Shown here: in pieces, positions 8,281 to 18,100 of the stretch
Layout of the letters: each line of letters opens with the position of its first letter
How positions within the stretch are numbered: position 1 is the stretch's first letter
Origin: Oscillospiraceae bacterium
Lineage (GTDB): Bacteria > Bacillota > Clostridia > Oscillospirales > CAG-272
Direction: 5' to 3'
DNA length: 58,436 bases
Assembly: GCA_015064965.1 (NCBI GenBank)
Contig: SVRG01000004.1
Span: 1-58,436, forward strand
Made by a program: the position numbers and the translations under genes
Notes under the pieces: generated by a model
Database searches by the model: none
Told to the model about the DNA's origin: nothing
The model's input: only the letters and a program-made list of their open reading frames with translations

Positions 8281-11200
8281 ATGCGTAGAATAATATTTTC
8301 AATATGTATTTTTGCACTTGCAGTTTCGCTTTCACTTTTTGCAGGTGCGGCTCAAATAGGCAGTGCTGATGAACTGCTCACGCTTATGAACACGCCTGCT
8401 ATGTGGGCAAATGATTATACGCTTACCGCAGATATAAATCTTTCGGATGCCACAAACGGACTTTCGCAAGCACCTATCGGCAGCGAGAGTATACCGTATA
8501 GCGGCACCTTTGACGGTGACGGCTATACAATAAGCGGCATCAATATCAGCGGTGCCGGAAATGTTGCATTGTTCGGTTTCGCAGGCGGCGCAACTATTAA
8601 GAATTTGACGGTAGACGGCACAGTTTCTTCTACTACCAACTGGGCGGCGGGTATTATTGCAAGAGTTTCGGCGGCAAGTATTACTGTAGAAAACTGTGTA
8701 AACCGTTGTACAGTAAGCGGCGTTGACTCTGTCGGCGGCATCGTGGGCAGACTTGAGCCAGGCTCACTAAACGCTACTATAAGCGGTTGTAAAAACGAAG
8801 GCACAATTACTGCTGCCCGTTACAGTGGCGGTATTGTGGGCTTCAGCTCACAGACAAGCGGTGCTACTGTTATTGAAAAATGCTGGAATGACGGTATTGT
8901 TAACGGTACACAGGGCGTAGCCGGTATTGTCGTATTTTTCAGAGTATATACAGGTTCAAGCGGCAAGTGTTATGTGCAGGACTGTATAAACACAGGTAAA
9001 GTTCATGCGACAACTGCATACGCAGGCGGTATTCTTGGCTGGGGACACAACAAGAATTTTGCATATACGGTAACACGTTGCTTTAACGGCGGTTCTGTTA
9101 CTTCTGATAAGGCATCATATGTTCGTCCGATAGCAGGAGTTATTTCCAAGGCGACCTATACCGCCGGTAACATGAACGCTTGCTACTACACAACTACCGA
9201 TGCATATACCTCCGAGAGCGATTGCTATGCAAATCTCTGTGAAACTTTTGTTGCAGATGCAACTGTAGCGACCACACTCACAGGACTTGGCGAAAACTTT
9301 GTAGTTGCTGATGGCTATGCACCTCAGCTTAAAAACTTCCATACACATGACTATAAATACAGCGCTATAGGCGCAGAGCATGAGTACGCTTGTTATTGCG
9401 GCGATGTTTCTCTTACAGAGGAACATACCTTTGTTGACGGCGTGTGCGATAAGTGCGGAGCCGAGGACATTCCTTGTGCGCACGATAACAAGTACGAGAT
9501 TGTTGAAAATGCAGCAACTTGCGCTTCGGTAGGCAGCAAATATGAATTTTGTCCCGATTGCCAAACCAAAGTGAGCGGAGATATTGAAATTGCTATTGAT
9601 GCAAATAATCATAGCGGCACTTTGACTATGGTGCTTGAAAACGGTGCACTTACATATATCTGTTCGGATTGTGATGCAGCAGCGTATACAGACAGTGCAC
9701 TTCTTGACACAGTTTATGTTTCACAAACCGGTGCAGAGCTTAAAGGAAACGTTTCGTCACAGATCGGTACAAGTGCAAATCCTTTCAAAAACTTTACCGA
9801 TGCTATGCAGTATGCGGCACTTGTGGGTAAGGATGTAACCGTTACAATTCTGGATACTGCAGAGGTTCCTGAAAAATATCATACGCCCGAATTTGAAAGC
9901 ACTGTTACTGTAACGGGCGGCACGCTTATTACGCATACCCGTTTCATAATGCACGGACCGATGGTGTTTGAGCATATTTGCTTTAAGGACAGCGGCAATC
10001 CCTTTATTGCGGCTCAGGAACACAAAGTCGTAATGGGAGAGGGAATCACCGTTTCAGGCGGAGGTATTTATCTTGTAGGCGGCTACGAAAACGGAACTGC
10101 CACGAACAGCGATATTCCCTCTACAGGATATTCCACGGATGTAACTGTACGCTCAGGTGTGTATCACGGAATTGCAGGTGCAAACCGTTATCTTGGCGGT
10201 GCATATTCCGGTACAGTCAAAGTAGTTCTTGGTAAGACTAACCCGAGTGATACACTTAAAATTACAAGCACTCTTGCTGTAGTAGGATTTAATTCCGAGG
10301 GCGGAGATGGTGTAAATGCAACGTTCATCTTTGAAGGTAACGTAGATGAGATTGCAAGTTTTTGCCCGATAAGCCATGCGAGCAATGCAACAGGTCGCTT
10401 TGATATTGATATCGTTGTACGCGGCGGTGCTGCTTTGGATAAAACCAAAGTCATCTATCGTGGAGCCAATGCGACTGTTAACGTGTATTCCGATTCCCGC
10501 ATAGAGGGTGCGGATGAACTTGCGGCAACTATAACGGATGCAGATAAAGTTCAGCCTTACAAACGCTATTGCCTCAAAGTAAACGGAGAGCATCCGGATG
10601 CAAATTCAGACGGTATTTGTGATAATTGCGGCGCTTCTACCGCTTGTGAGCATATTGACGGCGAGTGGCAGGAAACCATGTCGGCAAACTGTGCAGATAA
10701 GGCTGTTTATACCTGGTATTGCTATGACTGCAAAGAACTTGTCAATGACATGACCAAAGAGGGCGAAGCTCCCGACGCTGACAATCATGTAGCAGATAGT
10801 TTTGTATGGAACAATGACGGCGAAAAGTATTACTTTGTCTGCAATTCTTGCGGTGCCAAAGTGGAACAGACCGATGCTCCTTCGGTTTATGTATCTTCAA
10901 GCGGCAGTGATAAAAATGATGGCAGAACTGCAGAAAAAGCAGTGAAGACGCTTGCAGAAGCAGTAACGCGCATTGCAAATGTTGGTGGCAAGATTGTAAT
11001 TGTTTCCAACTACACTCTTGATGGAGACGTTGTACTTCCTGCATATACAAAGCCTATTTCTTTTGTTGGCTACGATGCAGATGACGGATATGTTCCCGGC
11101 GGTTTTACGGCATCGGCAAATGTTGTAATTTCTCTCGGCGGCAAAACAAGCTTCGAGGATATCACATTTGCAGGCGGCAAGCGTTATACAATCGTTGCAA

Positions 11201-12663
11201 ATTGGAACGACATCACTTTTGGAAGAGTTTATTCGTTAAGCGATTCATATTCCTATGTTGTTCTTGGCGGATACCCGATAACCGAGAGTGACAATGAGGC
11301 AAAGTCGGCTACACTTACAATTAAAGAAGATGTAACCCGTGCACGCACGCTTGACGGAACGGTTACAAGAGACCGTTTCTATACACGCATTTATCTCGGA
11401 AGCGTTTTCGGTGCTGATAATATCGGCGTTGCAAATAAGAGTGCTACACTTACTGCCACAAATGCAGATATCGGTGTGCTTTATACAATGTCTACATCCG
11501 GCTCGCATAAGCTTACCACAGCAAAAAACTGTGAAACTACAGTAAATCTTTATGGCAGAGCAACTGTAAATCAGGGTAGAACCGGCGACTACAACGTGGC
11601 GTATGCTACATCTAAGGGTTCACAGAAAAACTTAACATTGAATTTGTTTGATAATTCCGCAATTCTTACGAATTATTATATTCGAAACTGCGAGAATACT
11701 GTAATCAACGTTTCCACCAAGGCTGACGGAAGAACATTTATGATTGATATTCCGTTTACCTTCTATGCATTCGGCGACTTTGCGGCAAACGGTACGGCTA
11801 TTAATGTTGAAATCAACTACGGTGAGCACGGTTTTGCTCCTTCACTTGATACGCCTTGTGTGTTTGTCGATTCGGCAGATGAAATTAAGATTTATGAGGC
11901 TAATGCTGTCGAGGAGTGCGAATACGTTGAGAGTATAGCTCATGCGGCAACTCCAAAAGAAAAAGGAATGAAGCATTATTCCTGCACTTGCGGTAGATAC
12001 TACGATGAAGAATATGAGTATTCCTGCGAAGAAGCAACGCACATTTATACTGCATATGCAGACGGTACTTTTAAGTGCTCTGTATGTGAGAAAACCTTTA
12101 CAACACTCAGCGAAAATCTTGTTGTTAAAGCAACTTCTATAGCGGTTGCTGACGGAAAAGCAAGTGTAAATGTAAATATTACCGGTACATTTGCGGCAGC
12201 ACTTGTAAGTATTACTGCTCCTGAAGGATTTGAGCTTGCAGATGCAACACTTGCTGAAAATGCAGAACTCGTGTTTGCAGGCAATGAAGCAGACAGTGAA
12301 TATTATCTCACCGTTATGAGTGCGAGCGGTGCAGATAGAGAAATTAACGAAACGTTTGTTTTAACATATTCTGTGGCTGATTCCACTGCATATGGAAGTT
12401 ATATTCTTGACGTTGTTGCATCAGAGGTTTACAATGCAACCGGTGAAGCGCTTTGTATGACTCCCGTAAGTGCGGAAATCGTATATGCAGAAGAAACAGT
12501 TATAGGAGATGTGGACGGTGACGGTATTGTTACAGTTGCAGATGCTCTTGCAATTATCAGAGCATTGCTTGATGATATCAGTTTGCCTAATGCAGATCTT
12601 AACGGCGACGGCAAATTAGGTCTTTTCGATGTAATCAGAGCAATCAAGTTAATAGCGCAGTAA
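8281..12663 (+). CDS. Large secreted multidomain protein: GLUG/beta-helix repeats, Cys/His ribbons, cohesin-like module, dockerin
   Basis: Signal peptide; FDGDGYTISG and VGGIVG/CxNxG repeats; two VYVS..G..G....P.K beta-helix caps; CxH..CxxC linkers; beta-rich module at ~12115-12486; dockerin from 12505. Confidence 0.8.
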   Translation: MRRIIFSICIFALAVSLSLFAGAAQIGSADELLTLMNTPAMWANDYTLTADINLSDATNGLSQAPIGSESIPYSGTFDGDGYTISGINISGAGNVALFGFAGGATIKNLTVDGTVSSTTNWAAGIIARVSAASITVENCVNRCTVSGVDSVGGIVGRLEPGSLNATISGCKNEGTITAARYSGGIVGFSSQTSGATVIEKCWNDGIVNGTQGVAGIVVFFRVYTGSSGKCYVQDCINTGKVHATTAYAGGILGWGHNKNFAYTVTRCFNGGSVTSDKASYVRPIAGVISKATYTAGNMNACYYTTTDAYTSESDCYANLCETFVADATVATTLTGLGENFVVADGYAPQLKNFHTHDYKYSAIGAEHEYACYCGDVSLTEEHTFVDGVCDKCGAEDIPCAHDNKYEIVENAATCASVGSKYEFCPDCQTKVSGDIEIAIDANNHSGTLTMVLENGALTYICSDCDAAAYTDSALLDTVYVSQTGAELKGNVSSQIGTSANPFKNFTDAMQYAALVGKDVTVTILDTAEVPEKYHTPEFESTVTVTGGTLITHTRFIMHGPMVFEHICFKDSGNPFIAAQEHKVVMGEGITVSGGGIYLVGGYENGTATNSDIPSTGYSTDVTVRSGVYHGIAGANRYLGGAYSGTVKVVLGKTNPSDTLKITSTLAVVGFNSEGGDGVNATFIFEGNVDEIASFCPISHASNATGRFDIDIVVRGGAALDKTKVIYRGANATVNVYSDSRIEGADELAATITDADKVQPYKRYCLKVNGEHPDANSDGICDNCGASTACEHIDGEWQETMSANCADKAVYTWYCYDCKELVNDMTKEGEAPDADNHVADSFVWNNDGEKYYFVCNSCGAKVEQTDAPSVYVSSSGSDKNDGRTAEKAVKTLAEAVTRIANVGGKIVIVSNYTLDGDVVLPAYTKPISFVGYDADDGYVPGGFTASANVVISLGGKTSFEDITFAGGKRYTIVANWNDITFGRVYSLSDSYSYVVLGGYPITESDNEAKSATLTIKEDVTRARTLDGTVTRDRFYTRIYLGSVFGADNIGVANKSATLTATNADIGVLYTMSTSGSHKLTTAKNCETTVNLYGRATVNQGRTGDYNVAYATSKGSQKNLTLNLFDNSAILTNYYIRNCENTVINVSTKADGRTFMIDIPFTFYAFGDFAANGTAINVEINYGEHGFAPSLDTPCVFVDSADEIKIYEANAVEECEYVESIAHAATPKEKGMKHYSCTCGRYYDEEYEYSCEEATHIYTAYADGTFKCSVCEKTFTTLSENLVVKATSIAVADGKASVNVNITGTFAAALVSITAPEGFELADATLAENAELVFAGNEADSEYYLTVMSASGADREINETFVLTYSVADSTAYGSYILDVVASEVYNATGEALCMTPVSAEIVYAEETVIGDVDGDGIVTVADALAIIRALLDDISLPNADLNGDGKLGLFDVIRAIKLIAQ

Positions 12664-12667
12664 AATT

Positions 12668-12697
12668 AAAGCATCAAGCCATATGGCTTGATGCTTT
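12668..12697 (+). terminator. Bidirectional terminator, copy 1 of a duplicated hairpin
   Basis: AAAGCATCAAGCCA-TA-TGGCTTGATGCTTT; near-identical copy at 12859-12887. Confidence 0.8.
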
Positions 12698-12858
12698 AGC
12701 GTGTTGAAGAAGTGTTCTACACTCATAATATAATAAATTATGTTTTAGAGACGGACATGTGCCGGCTTTAAAACTCCTTAAAAACCGCGAGCGGTGAGCG
12801 AGTCGCGAGACTTGCGGTTTTGTATCCTGTCGAAAAACTTTAGTTTTTCGACAGACTG
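12698..12858. mobile_element. MITE-like non-autonomous element (IS1182-like ends) inserted at a terminator
   Basis: 161 bp flanked by a duplicated ~28-bp hairpin. Imperfect terminal IRs AGCGTGTTGAAGAA / TTTTTCGACAGACTG; subterminal palindrome CTGTCGAAAAAC-TTTA-GTTTTTCGACAG; no transposase ORF. Confidence 0.6.
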
Positions 12859-12888
12859 AGCATCAAGCCTTACAGCTTGATGCTTTTA

Positions 12889-13551
12889 CTATCTATTGAT
12901 AAGTTTCAAGAGTGTTTCACCTTCTGCTATGTATTCGGTGGCAATACCATGGATTTTGTCCTGCCCGAAATTGTGACGGTCATATATACCGACAGTTGGC
13001 ATACCGATTTTTGCAGCCGTTTCAATAGCGGTAAGCGAGTCTTCAAATACCCATGTTTCACAAGGCTTTTCTTGTAAGAACTTGCAAGCGTGTAAATAGA
13101 TATCCGGCTCCTCTTTGCCTTTGCCGATGGTTGCGCAGGAGAATATCGCTTCAAAGTATTTACCGATGCCGAGATGCTCAATAGCAGTGCTTAACAGGTC
13201 GGGAGCGGTTGCCGTGGCGAGGCACATTTTTACACCGTTTGTTTTACAGTGATTTAAAAACTCTAAAACACCGTCTTTAAGTGCAACTTTGTTAGCATAA
13301 AAGTCGTTCGTGATGCTATTTGCAAGTGTTAATAATTCTTCACAGCTTTCGCCGAGCCCATAATTTGTATGAATTAAATCCATAGCATCTCTCAAAGTGA
13401 GGGTACGCACTTTCTTGTTATCTTCGGGAGAAGGCTCGAATTTTTTATTGTTTAAATATTTATCGCCGAAAGCAGACCATAGCATATCCCACAGCATCAA
13501 AGAGTCGATGAGTGTGCCGTCCATATCAAATATCGCCGCTTTAAATTTCAT
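12889..13551 (-). CDS. HAD superfamily phosphatase (beta-PGM/CbbY-like)
   Basis: Motif I FDMDGTLIDS, motif II LATA, motif III K..PDIY, motif IV FEDS. Start moved to MKFKAAIF after GAGG. Confidence 0.92.
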   Translation of the reverse strand: MKFKAAIFDMDGTLIDSLMLWDMLWSAFGDKYLNNKKFEPSPEDNKKVRTLTLRDAMDLIHTNYGLGESCEELLTLANSITNDFYANKVALKDGVLEFLNHCKTNGVKMCLATATAPDLLSTAIEHLGIGKYFEAIFSCATIGKGKEEPDIYLHACKFLQEKPCETWVFEDSLTAIETAAKIGMPTVGIYDRHNFGQDKIHGIATEYIAEGETLLKLINR

Positions 13552-13677
13552 GTCGTTAACCTCATAGTCTGTATTGCAATTATTATACCATGCTTGCCTG
13601 CCGGTGTAAACGTCTAATGACATGATTGGGTGCTTTAGTGTTGCTTTTATTGACTTTTGCGACAATTTAAAGCAAGA

Positions 13678-13846
13678 TACATGTATAGAGAAGAACCGGA
13701 TCCCGACAGTAAGATGCCTGACAGCGGCTGGAGATTTTTTTGCCGGTGATGAAAATGACGAATATGTAAATGACCCAGATAATATAGGACTTTATTCATT
13801 AAATACGATAGCAAATTATGACAAAGATATAATTGTTGACGAGTGA
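13678..13846 (+). pseudogene. Frameshifted fragment of a DUF2185 (immunity-like) domain gene
   Basis: YMYREEPD..DSGWRFF, then a +1 shift in a T7 run (13735-13741) to AGDENDEYVNDPDNIGLYSLNTIANYDKDII. Matches the DUF2185 signature as recalled; both ends are missing. Confidence 0.65.
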
Positions 13847-13878
13847 AGTAAACAAACCACTGTTTTAGTTATTGTGTG

Positions 13879-14037
13879 TTTTCCTTACACTCGGTAGAGC
13901 GCATGACTTGAGTTTTCCAGTTTCGCTTTGCGAAATCGTCGGTGTTCAGCCGACGAAGGATAAACTCACAATGCGTCGCATAGCGACGCTATGTTGATAC
14001 ATGATGTCGCTGGTTCGAGCTCACGCTCGGGGAGCAA
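13879..14037 (+). repeat. Near full-length tRNA-Asn-derived element with an 84-nt hairpin insert in the anticodon loop
   Basis: ..CACTCGGTAGAGCGCATGACT | insert 13909-13992 | GTTGATACATGATGTCGCTGGTTCGAGC..TCGGGGAGCAA. The insert is a TGAGTTT..AAACTCA stem enclosing TTTCGC-TTT-GCGAAA and CGTCGG..CCGACG, plus GCGTCGC-ATA-GCGACGC. Confidence 0.75.
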
Positions 14038-14155
14038 GGCGACTCCGGCGACCATCTAAAACAATCTTCATATTCCGTCGCCTACTGAATTTGCCTTGCG
14101 GCAAATTCCTTTACAACATATGTGATATGTGATATCTGACATTTATTTGGAGCTT

Positions 14156-15022
14156 TTAATGTTCTTTTTCAAACCATTCTACGGCAAAGTTGATTAGTCT
14201 CATTGTAACTTCGCTTGGCTCGTATTCTTTCGGCCATGAAATATAGATGGAACGCTGAAGATTGAAATCACTAAGCGGAAGAGAAACAATTCCATCCTGC
14301 TGCACAGAACACCATGAAATTTCGGGATAGAAAGCAATTCCAAAGCCGCCCTTGACAAATTCGCTGACCGTGGCACGGTTTTCGCTTTCTGCAATAATAT
14401 CAGGCGAATACTCATTTGCCCCAAAATAAGATTGCATCAGTCTATACAGTTTGCTTCCGTCAAAAAGACCTATGACAGGGATTCCTCTTATGTCATCGAT
14501 GCATAATTCGGTTTTGCTTGCAAGCGGATCGTCAGCCGAAACCGCCACGAATATTCTCTCTTTGAAAAGCACCTTGGAATGATAATTCTCCTCTTTTTCA
14601 AAAGGCTTTGAAGATACAAGTACATCGAAAAAAACGTTTCCCTTGGCTCTGTCCGATTGCTTTGAAAAAGTAAAATCTATATCGGGATTTTGCCTTCTGA
14701 ATGCCGCAATTACAGGGATAGCGGCAGTGGCACCTTCCAACATTGATATGCGTATAGAGGCGTGCTGTTTCTTTTTGATAAGTTCTTTCCCTTTTTCAAG
14801 CTTGGTGAGGGACGCACTTACCTCGTTGAAAAATACCTTACCCGCTTCGTTTAAAAGCACCTTGTTGCCGCTGCGTGTGAAGAGTTTTATGCCGAGCTCA
14901 TCCTCAAGTCTTGAAATAGTATGGCTCACCGATGAAGGAGGAACCATGTAAAGCTCTGCCACTTTTGAGAAATTTTCCAAAATTGCCGCATCTTTAAAAT
15001 AATTAAGCTGTAAAAGTTCCAT
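14156..15022 (-). CDS. LysR family transcriptional regulator
   Basis: MELLQLNYF..NFSKVAE..PSSVSHTISRLEDELGIKLFTR HTH; C-terminal PBP2 domain; divergent from the 15138 operon. Confidence 0.95.
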   Translation of the reverse strand: MELLQLNYFKDAAILENFSKVAELYMVPPSSVSHTISRLEDELGIKLFTRSGNKVLLNEAGKVFFNEVSASLTKLEKGKELIKKKQHASIRISMLEGATAAIPVIAAFRRQNPDIDFTFSKQSDRAKGNVFFDVLVSSKPFEKEENYHSKVLFKERIFVAVSADDPLASKTELCIDDIRGIPVIGLFDGSKLYRLMQSYFGANEYSPDIIAESENRATVSEFVKGGFGIAFYPEISWCSVQQDGIVSLPLSDFNLQRSIYISWPKEYEPSEVTMRLINFAVEWFEKEH

Positions 15023-15137
15023 TTTGCGTCCTCACTATGACTTTGTTTACATAGTATTATACAATATCGTGTTGTTGATTTCAATATCTTCTTGTAATAA
15101 AATATAATTGTAAACAATATTTATTCAGGAGGACATT

Positions 15138-18100
15138 ATGAAAAAAATCGGCATATTTCTACTTGTTTTTTTACTTACCGCAATTTTGACGGTAAGTATC
15201 ATGGCTGAAGATGTTACCGTTTTTGTAGACGGTACGCTTACCGAAACGGGCAACGGCACGCTTGCTACGCCTTACAAGGCGATAAGTACGGCGGTAAATG
15301 CCATTAAGAGCACCGGCGGCACGATAGTGCTTACCGGTAAGACCACTGTAAACGTATTTGCCGTGCCTGCACATTCAAAACCGATTACTTATACATCGGT
15401 TTATGACGGTATAGACTATGCAGAGACAAACGGTGCGTGTCTTTCGCTTGGCGGACGTATGGTGCTTGGCGGCGAATCAACGTTTGAAAACATGATTATT
15501 GAATGTGCTACGTCAACCACTTCAAACGTAGGCGGTGTAATCTACGCATACGGCTACAAAACAACCTTTGGTGAGGGCATCACGTGTACAAATCCCAAAG
15601 GTGCTCTCATTTATCCCTCACTTTATGCGGGCGGCTACTCAAATAACGGCTCAAGAAATGCTGTCCTCACTGTAAAAAGCGGAACGTGGCGTGCGATTTT
15701 CGGCGGTAACGGCAACGGCGCATTTACAGGAAACAGTACGGTTAACTTTGAGGGTGGCACAGTAAAACTTTCTCTTGTTGGCGGCAACAATGCGGTTGGT
15801 AACTTTACAGGTAACACAACTCTTAACATAAGCGGCGGTAAGATTGAAAGCAACAACGGCGGCTACGGTATTGTAGGCTCCTCTCTTGGATATTCTGCGG
15901 CACTCACTTTCAAGGGTAATATTGCAATAAATATTTCGGGCAATCCCGTAATTGAAGCCCCTGTTCTCGGCGCTTCGAGAAGCGGTGCACCCGTAACCAC
16001 AAACGGTGATATCACTATTGATATAAGCGGCGGTACGTTTGCAAGTTGCAACGTCTACGGCGGCGGATACGGCAACGTCACCACGGGTGAAAACGGAATC
16101 CTCGTTAAACTCAGCGGCGACACCGTTACGTTTACGGGTACTCTCGGCAGCTACTCGATTTGCGGCGGTGCGCACAGCGGCACCGTTACGGGAGATGTTT
16201 CTGTTATTCTTGATGCTGACACAGCATACCGTGGCTCAATTCTCGGCGGCGGTTACAGCGGCAACGTTACAGGACACTCCTCTGTTATAATGTATAAAGG
16301 TACAGTTCCGGTTACTCTTACGGCAGGTTCACGCACAGGTACTGTAGGAAGTGCATCTGTTGAGATGTACGGCGGCAAAGTCGGATATCATACATCATCA
16401 TCTTATTTTGGCATCACAGGTAATGGCAGAAACGACACAAGCGGCACAGTTACCGGTGAATCGACTATTCTCCTTGACGGCGGCGACGTTGCCGGTGCAG
16501 TAGAACTCAACGCAAGCCAAATCGGAAGCGGAAGTGTAACGATAAAGAGCGGTAAGGCGGGAAGTGTCGAGGATAAAGCGGTAATCGACCTTTCGGGCGG
16601 CAAGTCACTTAGCCTCGGCGGCAACGTTTCGGCATCTTCATTTATAGGCGGCGGAACTCTTGTACTTGGCGCAACAGGTTCTATCACGGCCGACACAATG
16701 AGCGGTACGGTTGAATTTGAGATAGAAGGTGAGCCTGCCGCAAATCAAACCTATATTACGGTTCTTGACAAGGATTCGGATGCGGTTGTAAATTACACTG
16801 CAAAAGATGACGAAGCCCTCGTTCGCGAAGTGGGAGAAACCGTTACATATACTTTAAAGTATGACGGTCGATACGATACCACCCACGTGCGTGTTTACTA
16901 CTACAATCCGCACGGCGAAAACGAAACGCAACCGAACATAGTACTCTATAAGGGAACAACATCGTCCGATGACCGAGTTAAACTCACTCCCGAAAAGGGT
17001 AACGAAAACGGCAAAAACTTTATTGAAGCAGACCTTGCTCCCGGACTTTATTACTACAAGGTTTACTACGGCAACGGAAGCGGCGATTACGAAACACAGT
17101 ATTTCTATATAACTGGTAAGGATGAAAGCCTTACTTATGAAAAGCCTTATGAGCCTTATAAGGAAAACGGTTATATGGAGCAGTACACTGCAGTTGCAAC
17201 CTATCAGATGCTTGAAAAACTGCTCGGTACAAGCGACCTTCCTTATTACGAAAAACTTGATACTCCCGGTATTGCAAAACTCGATGAACCAACTCGTTCT
17301 TACATGACCAACGAAGAACTTTGTGATTATATCGAGGCACTCGACGAAAAGTGCGAATACTTATATGTATTCTATCCGTTTGATGAGTCGCCCGTATTCG
17401 GAAACAGAACTCCTGTAATGGTATTTACAAAGGATGAAATTCCAAACGGTGCAACCCTTGAAGAAGTTGCTGAAATTGTTCGTGGCGGCGGCGTAAGAGA
17501 AATTATGATGATTACCGGCGGCGTACACGGAAACGAGCCTGCCGGTGCAGAGGGCGTACTCAATTATGGCGTGCTTCTTGCAGGTGAGTACGGTGATAAC
17601 GCACTTGACAGTATAGGTGCGATAGTTCTTATGCCCGCATCCTGTCCCGACAATTTGCAAAGATTCAAGCGTTTGCACGCAAACGGTCACAACTACGCAA
17701 GAGATATGCTTTCGCTTTACGAGGTTGAGCCGCAGAATTACGTATCTCTCTACGATTTATTCAAGCCTACCGTGACGTGCGACTGTCATGAGGACAATAA
17801 CTACGTAAATTACGATACACCCGACAACTCAGCAGCAGATCTTCAGGACGTTGCTTTTCAGACCATAGGCTCGCCCAATCAGCCACTCCTTGATCCGTAC
17901 GGCGTTCTTACCGGTGAAAAACCGATGAGCGAAAGCCGTGCATATAAAATGTTGCCGACTCTTATTGAAAAGACTGCACAAATAGGACTTCGCAGCGGCA
18001 TGTATAAGAATTCCTATTTCAGCCCCGCATTTACCTTCTCCTATTCATCTACGAGAGGTTCGTATGCCTTCCTCATTGAAGTAATGCGTATATGGAGCGG

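Noticed and set aside
13909-13992. Group I intron in the tRNA anticodon loop
   Set aside because: The position after U33 fits, but 84 nt is too short, no catalytic core is visible and the flanking tRNA is degenerate.
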